DNA of 64,000 bases, taken from Candidatus Fermentimicrarchaeum limneticum (lineage in GTDB: Archaea; Micrarchaeota; Micrarchaeia; Burarchaeales; Fermentimicrarchaeaceae). Under the pieces are notes generated by a model. The model saw only the letters and a program-made list of their open reading frames with translations. It was not told the DNA's origin and did not search any database. Each line of letters opens with the position of its first letter. Positions within the stretch are counted from its first letter, which is position 1. Below, one piece after another: positions 55,946 through 64,000 of this stretch. Both the position numbers and the translations under genes were made by a program. The stretch lies in the NCBI GenBank assembly GCA_013426015.1, contig CP058998.1:794758-858757 (forward strand), given 5' to 3'.

Positions 55946-56709
55946 CCACGCACCCTGCGGGAAGCACGCTTGAGCGTGCAAGGAATCTTCAAGCCGCATT
56001 TCTCAATTTTGGGGTTTGACAGCACACTTTCTGTTGGGCCATCAAGCAGAATCCTCCCGTCGTTCAGAACAAGTACTCTGTCCGCATTGTCAAGAAGCAT
56101 CTCTGTATCATGCTCAACAACAACTATGGTTCTGCCTATTTTGTTCAGATTTTTTAGTATCCCGTAAAGTTCGGTTGCAGCGCCAAAGTCCAGACTTGAA
56201 GAAGGCTCATCAAGCAGGATGAGCTCCGGCTCCATTGCAAGCGTGGAAGCAATTGCGAGCTTCTGCTTCTGTCCTTCGGAGAGATTGTGAGGATCCTCAT
56301 CCCTTTTGGAAAGCAGGTCGAACATCCTGAGGTATTTTTCAACCCTGCTCTCTATCTCACCTCTGGGGAGCTTTCTGTTCTCAAGTGCAAAAGCAACCTC
56401 ATCCCTCACTTTGAGCGAGAATATCTGGGAGTTCGGGTCCTGCAGCACTATTCCAACACTCCGGGAAAGCTCGCTAACCTTATATTTTCGGGTATCCATC
56501 CCGCACACCACAATCTTCCCTTCGAAATTACCTGATACGAGACTGGGTATAACGCCGTTCATTGTGAGGAGAAGGGTGCTCTTGCCACTTCCGACCGGCC
56601 CTATCACACCAACAAACTCTCCTTTGCTGATTGACAAATTAACCTTTGACAGGACTGCCTTCTTCCTATATGAGAAGCTAAGGTCGCGTATTCCTATCTG
56701 CTCTACCAT
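55942..56709 (-). CDS. ecfA: ECF transporter ATPase
   Basis: GPVGSGKST, LQDPNSQ, LSEGQKQK, LLDEP, VEHD. Confidence 0.92.
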   Translation of the reverse strand: MVEQIGIRDLSFSYRKKAVLSKVNLSISKGEFVGVIGPVGSGKSTLLLTMNGVIPSLVSGNFEGKIVVCGMDTRKYKVSELSRSVGIVLQDPNSQIFSLKVRDEVAFALENRKLPRGEIESRVEKYLRMFDLLSKRDEDPHNLSEGQKQKLAIASTLAMEPELILLDEPSSSLDFGAATELYGILKNLNKIGRTIVVVEHDTEMLLDNADRVLVLNDGRILLDGPTESVLSNPKIEKCGLKIPCTLKRASRRVRG

Positions 56710-57539
56710 TTCATATACCTCTCCATGAACCCGAACCGGAATGCCAGAGTCCAGGCAAGCATAACCTCTATTGCACCCTGAAACATATTCCAGCCGAATA
56801 TGAGGTACCAGGGGACTTTTTCCATGAACACCTCAGGGGATGTTCCAAAGAAAAGCGGCCCCGCAAAGAAATAGTTGGAAACAATCATCGCTATGCCGCG
56901 CACAAGAATGCTCACTATCATTACAACTGCCATTGCTTCCGCGCTGGAGAATATGAGTGGAGTGGTATCCTTTGAATACCTGCCCCAGAAGTGCAGCAGG
57001 ATGAAGGAGAAGAGGATTATTGCGGCGATGGGCAGAAGGCCGAGCAGCAGGTCCGACGCACTAACACTCATCTCTTTGAAACTTAGGTAATCCAGTCTAG
57101 GAACGGTGTATACTGTACCGGTGATGGACGGCACATATGCTTTGCCTGCAAGGTTTGCGCTTATTGAAAGGATGAAGAGCATCAGAGAAACAAAAAGTGC
57201 GAAGAAGACGTTTATCAGCAGTTTCCCAAGGTCGAAATTCTTCTTCATTGAGAGCATGTAGAAAGCAGGAACGAGGAACATCGGTACGGTTGCTGTGAAT
57301 TTCATTATCGCACCAATCCAGGAGGTTGGCGCCGCGAGAGTTATCACAAGTGCAGTCAGTATGGAGATGTACAGCGCTGCATCAAGACCGAAGAGCAGAA
57401 AACCCAAGATTATGGGGACGCCGACTAGATCAACGGTCATGCCGAAGCCGGTCGGTATGCCTATAACGCTGTTGGAAATCTGCAGCAGAGCTGCTATGCA
57501 TGACAGCATCGCTATTGCAGTGAGTTTGTAGGTTTTCAT
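56703..57539 (-). CDS. ECF transporter substrate-binding (S) component
   Basis: S-component-like N-terminus (D-x-x-x-VP...GFLLFG), multi-TM, first gene of the ecf operon. Confidence 0.75.
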   Translation of the reverse strand: MKTYKLTAIAMLSCIAALLQISNSVIGIPTGFGMTVDLVGVPIILGFLLFGLDAALYISILTALVITLAAPTSWIGAIMKFTATVPMFLVPAFYMLSMKKNFDLGKLLINVFFALFVSLMLFILSISANLAGKAYVPSITGTVYTVPRLDYLSFKEMSVSASDLLLGLLPIAAIILFSFILLHFWGRYSKDTTPLIFSSAEAMAVVMIVSILVRGIAMIVSNYFFAGPLFFGTSPEVFMEKVPWYLIFGWNMFQGAIEVMLAWTLAFRFGFMERYMKW

Positions 57540-57575
57540 GGGGGAAAATAGGGGTTATTACTCTTTTAAATGTAT

Positions 57576-58643
57576 TCACTCAGAAAACAGTAGGCTCTGA
57601 AGCTCCACGTTCCACAGGCCAGCCTTCCGTGAATAATCGGCAACCTCCTCATACTCCTTTTTTGTTATCCTGCGCGTTATGTCGCTTATGCCGGCAGCCC
57701 GGTATTCCGGCCGATACTGGCTCATTATGTTCACCCTCACGCTGTCGCCAAGGTTGTCCGATACCCACTTCAGGACCGGTTTGGAGCAGCATTCCACATG
57801 GTTGGGGAGGACGAGATGCCTGTATAAAATTTCTGCATGCCTGCTTGCGGCGAGGCTGTTCCTTGTCAGGGTTTTCCAGTAGCCTTGTGGCATGAGCGAC
57901 AGCCTCTTTGCACATCCATCATTGCCATACTTGAAGTCCGCCAAGTAAACGTCAACAACGCCGTTCAGCAGCTCCATCGTCTCCTGGGACATTATCATAT
58001 TGCTGTTCCATACGACTGGGATGTTCACCCTGCATAGCTGCAGGGAGGCGAGTATGTTGTGCAGGTTGGGTGTGGGCTCGCCACCGACGAGATTGACGTT
58101 TCTTATCCCGAACTTCCTGTGGTGCTCCACCCACTCTGCAATTTTCTGGGGGGGCCATACCTCCCCGCAGCTTGGGAACTGGCTTATCTGCCAGTTCTGG
58201 CAGTACTGACAGCTCATGTTGCATCCCGAGAAGAATATCGTTCCCGAAGGTACCAGCTCTGGCTCCTCACCTATGTGCTCAAAAGCAGAAGAGATTCGCG
58301 ACTCATACCCGACACGGCACATGCCGAGCTCTCCCTTCTTCCTGTTCACCCTGCAAGTCCTCTCGCAGAATGAGCAATCGGCAATCATCAAATCGGCGAT
58401 GCGCTGCTTCAACTCCAGTAGATTGGGCCGCACCTCCTCAACGTGCTGCGGATTGTTGAGGAGCTTGGAGAACTTCTTCATCGCCTTACTGTGCTCGGCC
58501 CAGCATTCTGAAATCCCAGCAGGTATTGCCGCTGGGACTGATTTACACAACATGAAACGGGCGGGTAGCTCATCGTTCATGACGCGCACATATCTCCCCA
58601 GTGCCTTCTGGATTCCTGGGTCGTCAAAAACGTTCATGTGCAT
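57576..58643 (-). CDS. radical SAM protein (PflX-like)
   Basis: CSFCERTC-x-VNR, HIGEEPEL, CNMSCQYCQN, GGEPTP, DFKYG, RHLVLP. Start trimmed to a nearby ATG because the longer ORF overlaps the divergent gene. Confidence 0.9.
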   Translation of the reverse strand: MHMNVFDDPGIQKALGRYVRVMNDELPARFMLCKSVPAAIPAGISECWAEHSKAMKKFSKLLNNPQHVEEVRPNLLELKQRIADLMIADCSFCERTCRVNRKKGELGMCRVGYESRISSAFEHIGEEPELVPSGTIFFSGCNMSCQYCQNWQISQFPSCGEVWPPQKIAEWVEHHRKFGIRNVNLVGGEPTPNLHNILASLQLCRVNIPVVWNSNMIMSQETMELLNGVVDVYLADFKYGNDGCAKRLSLMPQGYWKTLTRNSLAASRHAEILYRHLVLPNHVECCSKPVLKWVSDNLGDSVRVNIMSQYRPEYRAAGISDITRRITKKEYEEVADYSRKAGLWNVELQSLLFSE

Positions 58644-58706
58644 ATTCCTCATCTGATATTTAAGTAGCTGAGGAATGTTTTTAAATGGAGGAATTGAAAT
58701 TGAATT

Positions 58707-59186
58707 ATGGATTGCAGAAAAGGGCAGAGCGCAGTAGAATACCTCTCGATTTATGCGATTGCTTTTGCCATAGTACTTGTAGTGCTGGCTACAGTGTACT
58801 ACGTATTTATCGCACCAGGAAACCAACCCATAACCCCAATCTGCAAATTTCCGATAGACATCAACTGCGTTGACTTCTATGTGACGAGCAGCGGAAACCT
58901 GACAATTGTGATAAGACAGACCAGCGGACATCCCATAACCGTTACCGGCTTGAACTGCACTGCGCAGAACAATCCATCAGCCGTGACGAAATCCATGAAC
59001 GTGCAGTTTAATGAGGGAGAGCAGAAGTTGCTGGTGAACAACCAGCCATGCTACAGGTCAAACGGTGATGTGGCCACGGGGAGCGTGGGGAGCTATTACG
59101 CCGGGAAGCTGTATATACGGTACAATGAAACCGATACTGGTTTCAGCCACCTCCTTGTAGGCGATATAGTCGCCCAATACGAATAA
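58707..59186 (+). CDS. class III signal-peptide (pilin-like) protein
   Basis: RKG|QSAVEYL followed by a hydrophobic helix; four Cys in the mature domain. Confidence 0.85.
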   Translation: MDCRKGQSAVEYLSIYAIAFAIVLVVLATVYYVFIAPGNQPITPICKFPIDINCVDFYVTSSGNLTIVIRQTSGHPITVTGLNCTAQNNPSAVTKSMNVQFNEGEQKLLVNNQPCYRSNGDVATGSVGSYYAGKLYIRYNETDTGFSHLLVGDIVAQYE

Positions 59187-59226
59187 ATTTATAAAGAGTT
59201 GCAAGCAAATAGAATCGGTGAGCACA

Positions 59227-59742
59227 ATGAGAAGAGCACAAGCTGCGATGGAGTACCTAATAACATATGGATGGGCGATACTGATAATGCTAGTTGTCGT
59301 GGGAGTTCTGTTCTACCTCGGCATATTCACTCCGCGGGGCGTAAGCGGGTGCAGTTTCCAGACAGCAGGTTTCACCTGTTATGCATACAAACTGGCGTCA
59401 AATTCAAGTGGTGAGAGCGGTATTATACTGGATATGGGGCAGGCTACGGGGCATGACATAAAGATCATCGGCTTCAACTGCACCACTTCAGAAAGTTGGA
59501 TGCTGATCGACTTTGCGGCAGGCACCTGGCAGAATGTCACCATATCCTCAGGGAGTCATAAGACACTCAACGGAACATTAACGAAGCCGTCACCACTCCC
59601 ATGCTACAAAGCCGATGGCTCACTACTAAAGGCTAGTGATGTGGGCTCTTATTACAAGGGCAAGATATACATCCACTACCTAGATGTGGAAACGAATCTT
59701 GACCACAAGGCAATAGGGGACATATCAGGGAATGTGGAGTAA
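59227..59742 (+). CDS. class III signal-peptide (pilin-like) protein
   Basis: RRA|QAAMEYLITYGWAIL; paralog of the preceding gene. Confidence 0.88.
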   Translation: MRRAQAAMEYLITYGWAILIMLVVVGVLFYLGIFTPRGVSGCSFQTAGFTCYAYKLASNSSGESGIILDMGQATGHDIKIIGFNCTTSESWMLIDFAAGTWQNVTISSGSHKTLNGTLTKPSPLPCYKADGSLLKASDVGSYYKGKIYIHYLDVETNLDHKAIGDISGNVE

Positions 59743-59779
59743 GCTGTTCTACATCTTGTATTGACGAGAAGGCGGTTTT

Positions 59780-60412
59780 ATGCTTAAATCCAGCTTTTCG
59801 GAATTCAGCAAGAGATTAGGCATCCGGCTGGGGATGGTATTCTCCAAAATCCCCATATCGGCGAATACATGGACTCTGCTTTCCCTGCTACCTGCACTGC
59901 TCGGTTTTGTTTCGCTTGTATACAAACGGATGGATTACGCCCTCATTCTTTTTGCGGTATCCGCGCTGATAGATGCAATAGACGGAGGAGTGGCAAGGGT
60001 GACAGGCACCGTGAGCAACCTCGGCGCGTATCTTGACGGCATGATGGACAGGATTGTCGAGGGGCTACTTCTGATGGGGATAATGCTGCACGGCATACCT
60101 GACGTTGTGATTGGTGGTTACCAGACGCCTGCTTATCTCTGGATTGCCGCGCTGCTCCTTTTCGGCTCGGTTATGGTGAGCTATTCCAGAGCGTATGCAG
60201 TTTACAGAAGGGTTCTGCGCGACGACAAGATAATCTCCAGGATGCCCGGCATTCTCGAAAGGGCAGAGAGGCTCATTCTGATATTCCTTGGGATGCTGCT
60301 TTACAGAGTAGAGCCTGTCTATCTGACGTATGCAATAGTAATTGCGGCTTTGCTTTCCATAATAACCGTTATGCAGAGGATGCTTTTCACGATAAGGAAT
60401 GCGGAGTATTGA
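59780..60412 (+). CDS. CDP-alcohol phosphatidyltransferase (archaetidylinositol phosphate synthase-like)
   Basis: DAIDGGVAR...GAYLDGMMDR; SYSRA; ERAER. Confidence 0.9.
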   Translation: MLKSSFSEFSKRLGIRLGMVFSKIPISANTWTLLSLLPALLGFVSLVYKRMDYALILFAVSALIDAIDGGVARVTGTVSNLGAYLDGMMDRIVEGLLLMGIMLHGIPDVVIGGYQTPAYLWIAALLLFGSVMVSYSRAYAVYRRVLRDDKIISRMPGILERAERLILIFLGMLLYRVEPVYLTYAIVIAALLSIITVMQRMLFTIRNAEY

Positions 60413-60416
60413 TTAG

Positions 60417-61058
60417 ATGAGAGTGGATATGCACATCCACACCGTTTACTCAGGCGATTCGACCTGCAGACCTTCAAGGATAATCAGCGCTGCAAAGAGA
60501 AAGGGACTTGACGGCGTAGCGGTGACGGACCACAACACCACGAAGGCATGGAAGGAGATGCTGAGAGAGGGGAAGAAGGGCGGGGTTGCCGTAATTCTCG
60601 GAGAGGAGATTGAGGTGGAGAAGGACGGGAAGGTTGTTGGCGAGATCCTTGGCTATTTCCTTAGCGATGAGGTTGAGAAGGGGGACGTGCACGATGTTCT
60701 GGACAGGATTGCTGAGCAGGGCGGAGTTGCTGCGCTGCCGCATCCATTCTGCTTCTGGAGGGGAATCAGGATTGACATCAAAGAGATCGTTGGAAAAATC
60801 CAGGCTGTTGAGGTTTTCAATTCAGGAATGTATCTGAACTCCCAGAACAGAAAGGCATTGGGGCTGGCCAGGGAGCATCACCTCGCAGAGATCGGCGGGA
60901 GCGATGCGCATGTGGAGAGGGAGGTTGGCAATGCGTATACCCGCGCAGAAGCAGATGGGGTTGATAGGTTCAGGAAGGCGATAGAAAAAGGAAGAACGAG
61001 GGCAGAAGGAAAGCTGAGCAGCCACACGCTGAGGATTCTTTCAAAACTGCTCGACTGA
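60417..61058 (+). CDS. PHP-domain phosphoesterase
   Basis: DMHIHT, VTDHN, GEEI, PHPF, EVFN, GGSDAH. Confidence 0.92.
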   Translation: MRVDMHIHTVYSGDSTCRPSRIISAAKRKGLDGVAVTDHNTTKAWKEMLREGKKGGVAVILGEEIEVEKDGKVVGEILGYFLSDEVEKGDVHDVLDRIAEQGGVAALPHPFCFWRGIRIDIKEIVGKIQAVEVFNSGMYLNSQNRKALGLAREHHLAEIGGSDAHVEREVGNAYTRAEADGVDRFRKAIEKGRTRAEGKLSSHTLRILSKLLD

Positions 61059-61060
61059 TG

Positions 61061-63529
61061 CTATCCCCCTTTCTTGATGATTGACTTTCCTCGTGGCGTC
61101 AGCTTGTAGAATACCCACTTCCTGCCGTCAACCTCTATCTTTTCAACAAGGTCGACTTCCCTCAACTTGTCCAGATGCTCCACAATCGTCGCCTTGCTCT
61201 TGTTCAGCTTGGAGCTTATATCTGTTGGGGTCCTCTCGCCCTCCATCAGCGTGTTCAGTATCTGCATCCTTGTTTCTGAGGAAAGCGCCCTGTACAACTC
61301 GCTGTCATCTTCTTCCCTCTGGAACGAATATTTTTTCACTATGCTGAGGACGATGAATAAGGCGAGCAGCACCGCTACTACACTCACTGGGATCACCCAC
61401 AGCTGGGAAAGGTTCTGGTTCTCACCTGCATTCCCCTCTCCTGGCGGTTGTGACGGACCTGAGGGAGTTAAGGTTGAAGGAATGATTTTTATCATCTCTC
61501 CTGCGTTGCACAGCAAGGCATTGCTTCCAACGGAAAGATAGTTTGCGGTCTGCGGGTTGTTTATCAGGTTGAGGTATTCCTGCGAGCCGAATGAAACGGT
61601 TCTTGTGGGCTGGTCTTCCCCGCAGGAGGTATCCTTCCATACCCCTCCTACTGAAACGAATGTCTTTTCGCCTATTGTTTTTGTTTCCTGCACGTAGGGT
61701 GTGACTGACGCGGTGCTCTCCGCAGCCTTGTACGCATTCGCAACTCCCAAGGTGCCTCCTCCTATCGAAGCCGCCATGGGCATAATGCCCACATCCCTCC
61801 TTACTGGGGTTCCCTCAGGTGAGATAACAATGTAGGAGGTGTATGGAGTCGGTATGCCGTATTTTGTTGCAAGTTCAGTGACCTGCTGCTTGAGCTCTGG
61901 GGTTTCCCCATCAAGCGTTATCTGGTCGAGCAGGTAGCCCACTTTCCTCAGCGCCCATGTCCTCTCGACAAAACTGTTTGACGAAGCCTGCGGGAAGTTT
62001 ACGATATAGCTCAGTTCCTTCTGCGTTCCACCCACCGAGCCTTTTAGATGGATGGTGGCTGCGCCGGAACCGCTGTATTTTCCTGTAATTACAAGCTGCG
62101 TTCCAAGGAATATGTCCGGCATCCTTCTTGGCAGGATATCGGAAGTTGAGAGTTCCGGTGGCACGCATACTTGGGAGAGGCATGTTGGAGTGATGCTGAG
62201 CTGCACATTTGAGAGCAGTGGCGCTGCTATCCTGTCGTAGAATGACTTCAGGGTAACCTCAAGCTCAGCCTCGTTCTTTATGTAGGTGGGGATTCCATCG
62301 CCAAATTCATTCGCGAGCTTGCCCAGCAGTTCAAAGTCCGCATCGTCGCCTACCCCGAATGCGAATATCTTGAAATCGCCTTTACTTTCTAGACTTTTCA
62401 GTATGTCCCCCCTTGAATGTCCTGTCGTATCCCTGCCGTCTGTAAGCAGGACTATTATGTGGACTCTTGAGTCATTCTGGAACTCTGCGGCTGCTACCGA
62501 GAGAGAATCCTGTATATTTGTGGAACCTTCTGCAACCAGATTATCTATGAACGTCTTTGCCTCCTGGCTAGAGCTTACGCCCTCCAGCTTTCCGGAGAAT
62601 GCCTTCTGGGAGCTTGAGAATGCGATTAGGTCAAACCTGTCAGCCCCGTTCAACTTATCTATGCCATACTTCAGAGCTCTCTGTGCCTGCTCAATCTTCA
62701 CTCCCTCCATGCTTCCGGAGGTGTCAATCAAAAAGACAACATCCTTAGGTAGTGAGGACTGGTTCACAAGTGAGGGGTAGACAAACAGCAGGAAGTAGCC
62801 GCTGTCCCCGCTTTTCTGCGCAAGAAGCTTTACATCGTACTCCCTATCGCTGACGCCGTAGTACAGCTGGAAGTCCCTGTCAGGGAGAACCTTCTCCTCG
62901 TAATACATTACCGTCGCCTTGCCCTCCTCCTCTCTCTGGACTGTTATGTTGTGGGTTGGCGAGTAGATGAAGCCAAGATTGCCTGGCGCGTTTATATTCA
63001 CGGTTATATTCACGGGATCTATCGGCTTTGTGGAATACCTTTCAGGGCTGAGGGGATACATGTAGGAGTACGTCCCGCCGCTGGAGCCTATTATCTGTTC
63101 GTATGTTATAACAACCTTCACAACCTTGCCCCTCGGCAAGACCAAGCTTGACGAGAAGGCGTCCCTCCCGACGTATTCCAGCAGGGAGGCATCCTTCCTT
63201 TCTATAACATACTGCTGGTATGTCTTCTTTGCCTCCTCGCTTCCGAGCAGCCTTCCTTCCAGCGTTTTACCGTCAACTATGAGCTTAACGTCCCTGATTC
63301 CGCCCCCCGGGACAGGGAATATGTAAGTTCCTTCCAAATCCCTGTAACCGTCATTCTTGAACTCCTGCTCCACCCGCGTGAATGCATATGTATCGTTTAT
63401 TGTGACTGTCACATAATGGTTGAGGATGAGTGGGTATGGGTCCTCGGGGTGGTGGGGGATTATGACTCCGTCCGCGCGGATGCAGCTTACCAGCAACAGA
63501 AGCGCTATTATCGCAAACCTCATCCTCAT
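61061..63529 (-). CDS. signal peptide-VIT-vWA-TM-ArsR HTH fusion protein
   Basis: Signal peptide; VIT domain (EGTYIFP, A...Y...ASLLE); MIDAS IDTSGSM...LTDG...FGVG; ITIH-like LPDIF-x-G-x-QL; TM; ArsR wHTH ALSSETRMQIL...TIVEHLDKL...FYKLT. Confidence 0.88.
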   Translation of the reverse strand: MRMRFAIIALLLLVSCIRADGVIIPHHPEDPYPLILNHYVTVTINDTYAFTRVEQEFKNDGYRDLEGTYIFPVPGGGIRDVKLIVDGKTLEGRLLGSEEAKKTYQQYVIERKDASLLEYVGRDAFSSSLVLPRGKVVKVVITYEQIIGSSGGTYSYMYPLSPERYSTKPIDPVNITVNINAPGNLGFIYSPTHNITVQREEEGKATVMYYEEKVLPDRDFQLYYGVSDREYDVKLLAQKSGDSGYFLLFVYPSLVNQSSLPKDVVFLIDTSGSMEGVKIEQAQRALKYGIDKLNGADRFDLIAFSSSQKAFSGKLEGVSSSQEAKTFIDNLVAEGSTNIQDSLSVAAAEFQNDSRVHIIVLLTDGRDTTGHSRGDILKSLESKGDFKIFAFGVGDDADFELLGKLANEFGDGIPTYIKNEAELEVTLKSFYDRIAAPLLSNVQLSITPTCLSQVCVPPELSTSDILPRRMPDIFLGTQLVITGKYSGSGAATIHLKGSVGGTQKELSYIVNFPQASSNSFVERTWALRKVGYLLDQITLDGETPELKQQVTELATKYGIPTPYTSYIVISPEGTPVRRDVGIMPMAASIGGGTLGVANAYKAAESTASVTPYVQETKTIGEKTFVSVGGVWKDTSCGEDQPTRTVSFGSQEYLNLINNPQTANYLSVGSNALLCNAGEMIKIIPSTLTPSGPSQPPGEGNAGENQNLSQLWVIPVSVVAVLLALFIVLSIVKKYSFQREEDDSELYRALSSETRMQILNTLMEGERTPTDISSKLNKSKATIVEHLDKLREVDLVEKIEVDGRKWVFYKLTPRGKSIIKKGG

Positions 63530-63705
63530 GAATATCACCAAATAGTTAGGTGAAGAGGATATTTATAGCTTGTTTGTTTTTGTTAGGTGCGCACCGAACA
63601 ATCCAATCTCACCTCTGCGTGAGTACTGGGAAAAGCAACTTTTGCGTTTACCAGTAATGTTAAATAGAATTGCAGTGCAAATGTTTTCCGCAGGAGGAGG
63701 TTGAA

Positions 63706-64000
63706 GTGGAAGGCAGTTATTTCAGGTATGACAAGCTGCAGCCCAGGGAGTACCAGCTCAGGATAGCTGAAAACGTACTGAAAAAGGGCAATTCGCTAGT
63801 CATCCTGCCAACTGGGCTGGGGAAAACTGCGATTGCATTACTTGTTGCTGATAGATACCTCCAGCAGGGGAAAAGAGTGCTCTTCCTTGCCCCTACAAGG
63901 CCTCTCTGCGAGCAGCACAGGAAGAGCTTTGAGGAGCTCATGAAGCTTGAGAGTGGTGATGTGCTGCTCATAACTGGAGAGCTGACAGCTGGAAAGCGCA
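63706..64000 (+). CDS. hef: Hef/FANCM-like SF2 helicase, 5' part
   Basis: Hand translation gives PREYQ, NSLVILPTGLGKT, VLFLAPTRPLCEQH, LITGE; GGAGG RBS; runs off the window. Confidence 0.85.
   Translation, partial: MEGSYFRYDKLQPREYQLRIAENVLKKGNSLVILPTGLGKTAIALLVADRYLQQGKRVLFLAPTRPLCEQHRKSFEELMKLESGDVLLITGELTAGKR

Noticed and set aside
58644-58931. Long N-terminal extension of the radical SAM ORF
   Set aside because: Overlaps the divergent pilin gene and its promoter; family motifs begin further downstream.
1-64000. CRISPR array, cas genes, integrase or provirus
   Set aside because: No regularly spaced repeats seen. The TnpB has no adjacent array, so it is not called Cas12f. No integrase or duplicated tRNA 3' end (att site) was seen near either tRNA cluster.

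Overview
This is archaeal chromosomal DNA, most consistent with a DPANN archaeon of the Micrarchaeota type. That assignment is an inference from the gene set, the class III signal-peptide pilins, tRNAs with non-canonical BHB introns, and the dense overlapping genes. Most of the window is core housekeeping. DNA repair and replication genes are Rad50, HerA, NurA, Nth, a DUF1998 helicase, PCNA-PriL-PriS-GINS, DnaG, Hjc and Hef. Translation, RNA-processing and proteostasis genes are Csl4, RpoL, L44e, S27e, aIF2-alpha, Nop10, PAC2, Pth2, deoxyhypusine synthase and LonB. Metabolic genes include GalT, IlvE, an ADP-dependent sugar kinase, agmatinase, larBCE, purC/E, coaBC, lipid enzymes and an ECF transporter. 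There are five tRNAs. The most unusual elements are: (1) a TnpA-less tnpB element with a rearranged RuvC-II site, whose right end supplies the PCNA stop codon so its predicted guide matches pcna; (2) an exact 21-bp motif at identical spacing from a TATA box upstream of both tnpB and a small orphan gene 21 kb away; (3) a tRNA-Gly(CCC) with two D-loop introns around a 6-nt exon; (4) a secreted VIT-vWA protein fused through a TM helix to an ArsR HTH; (5) a protease-less, Zn-ribbon-bearing Lon ATPase paralog; (6) a tandem pilin pair that appears identical over 443 bp; and (7) an orphan gene block with a shared promoter signature. All calls come from reading motifs by eye; no database searches were run.
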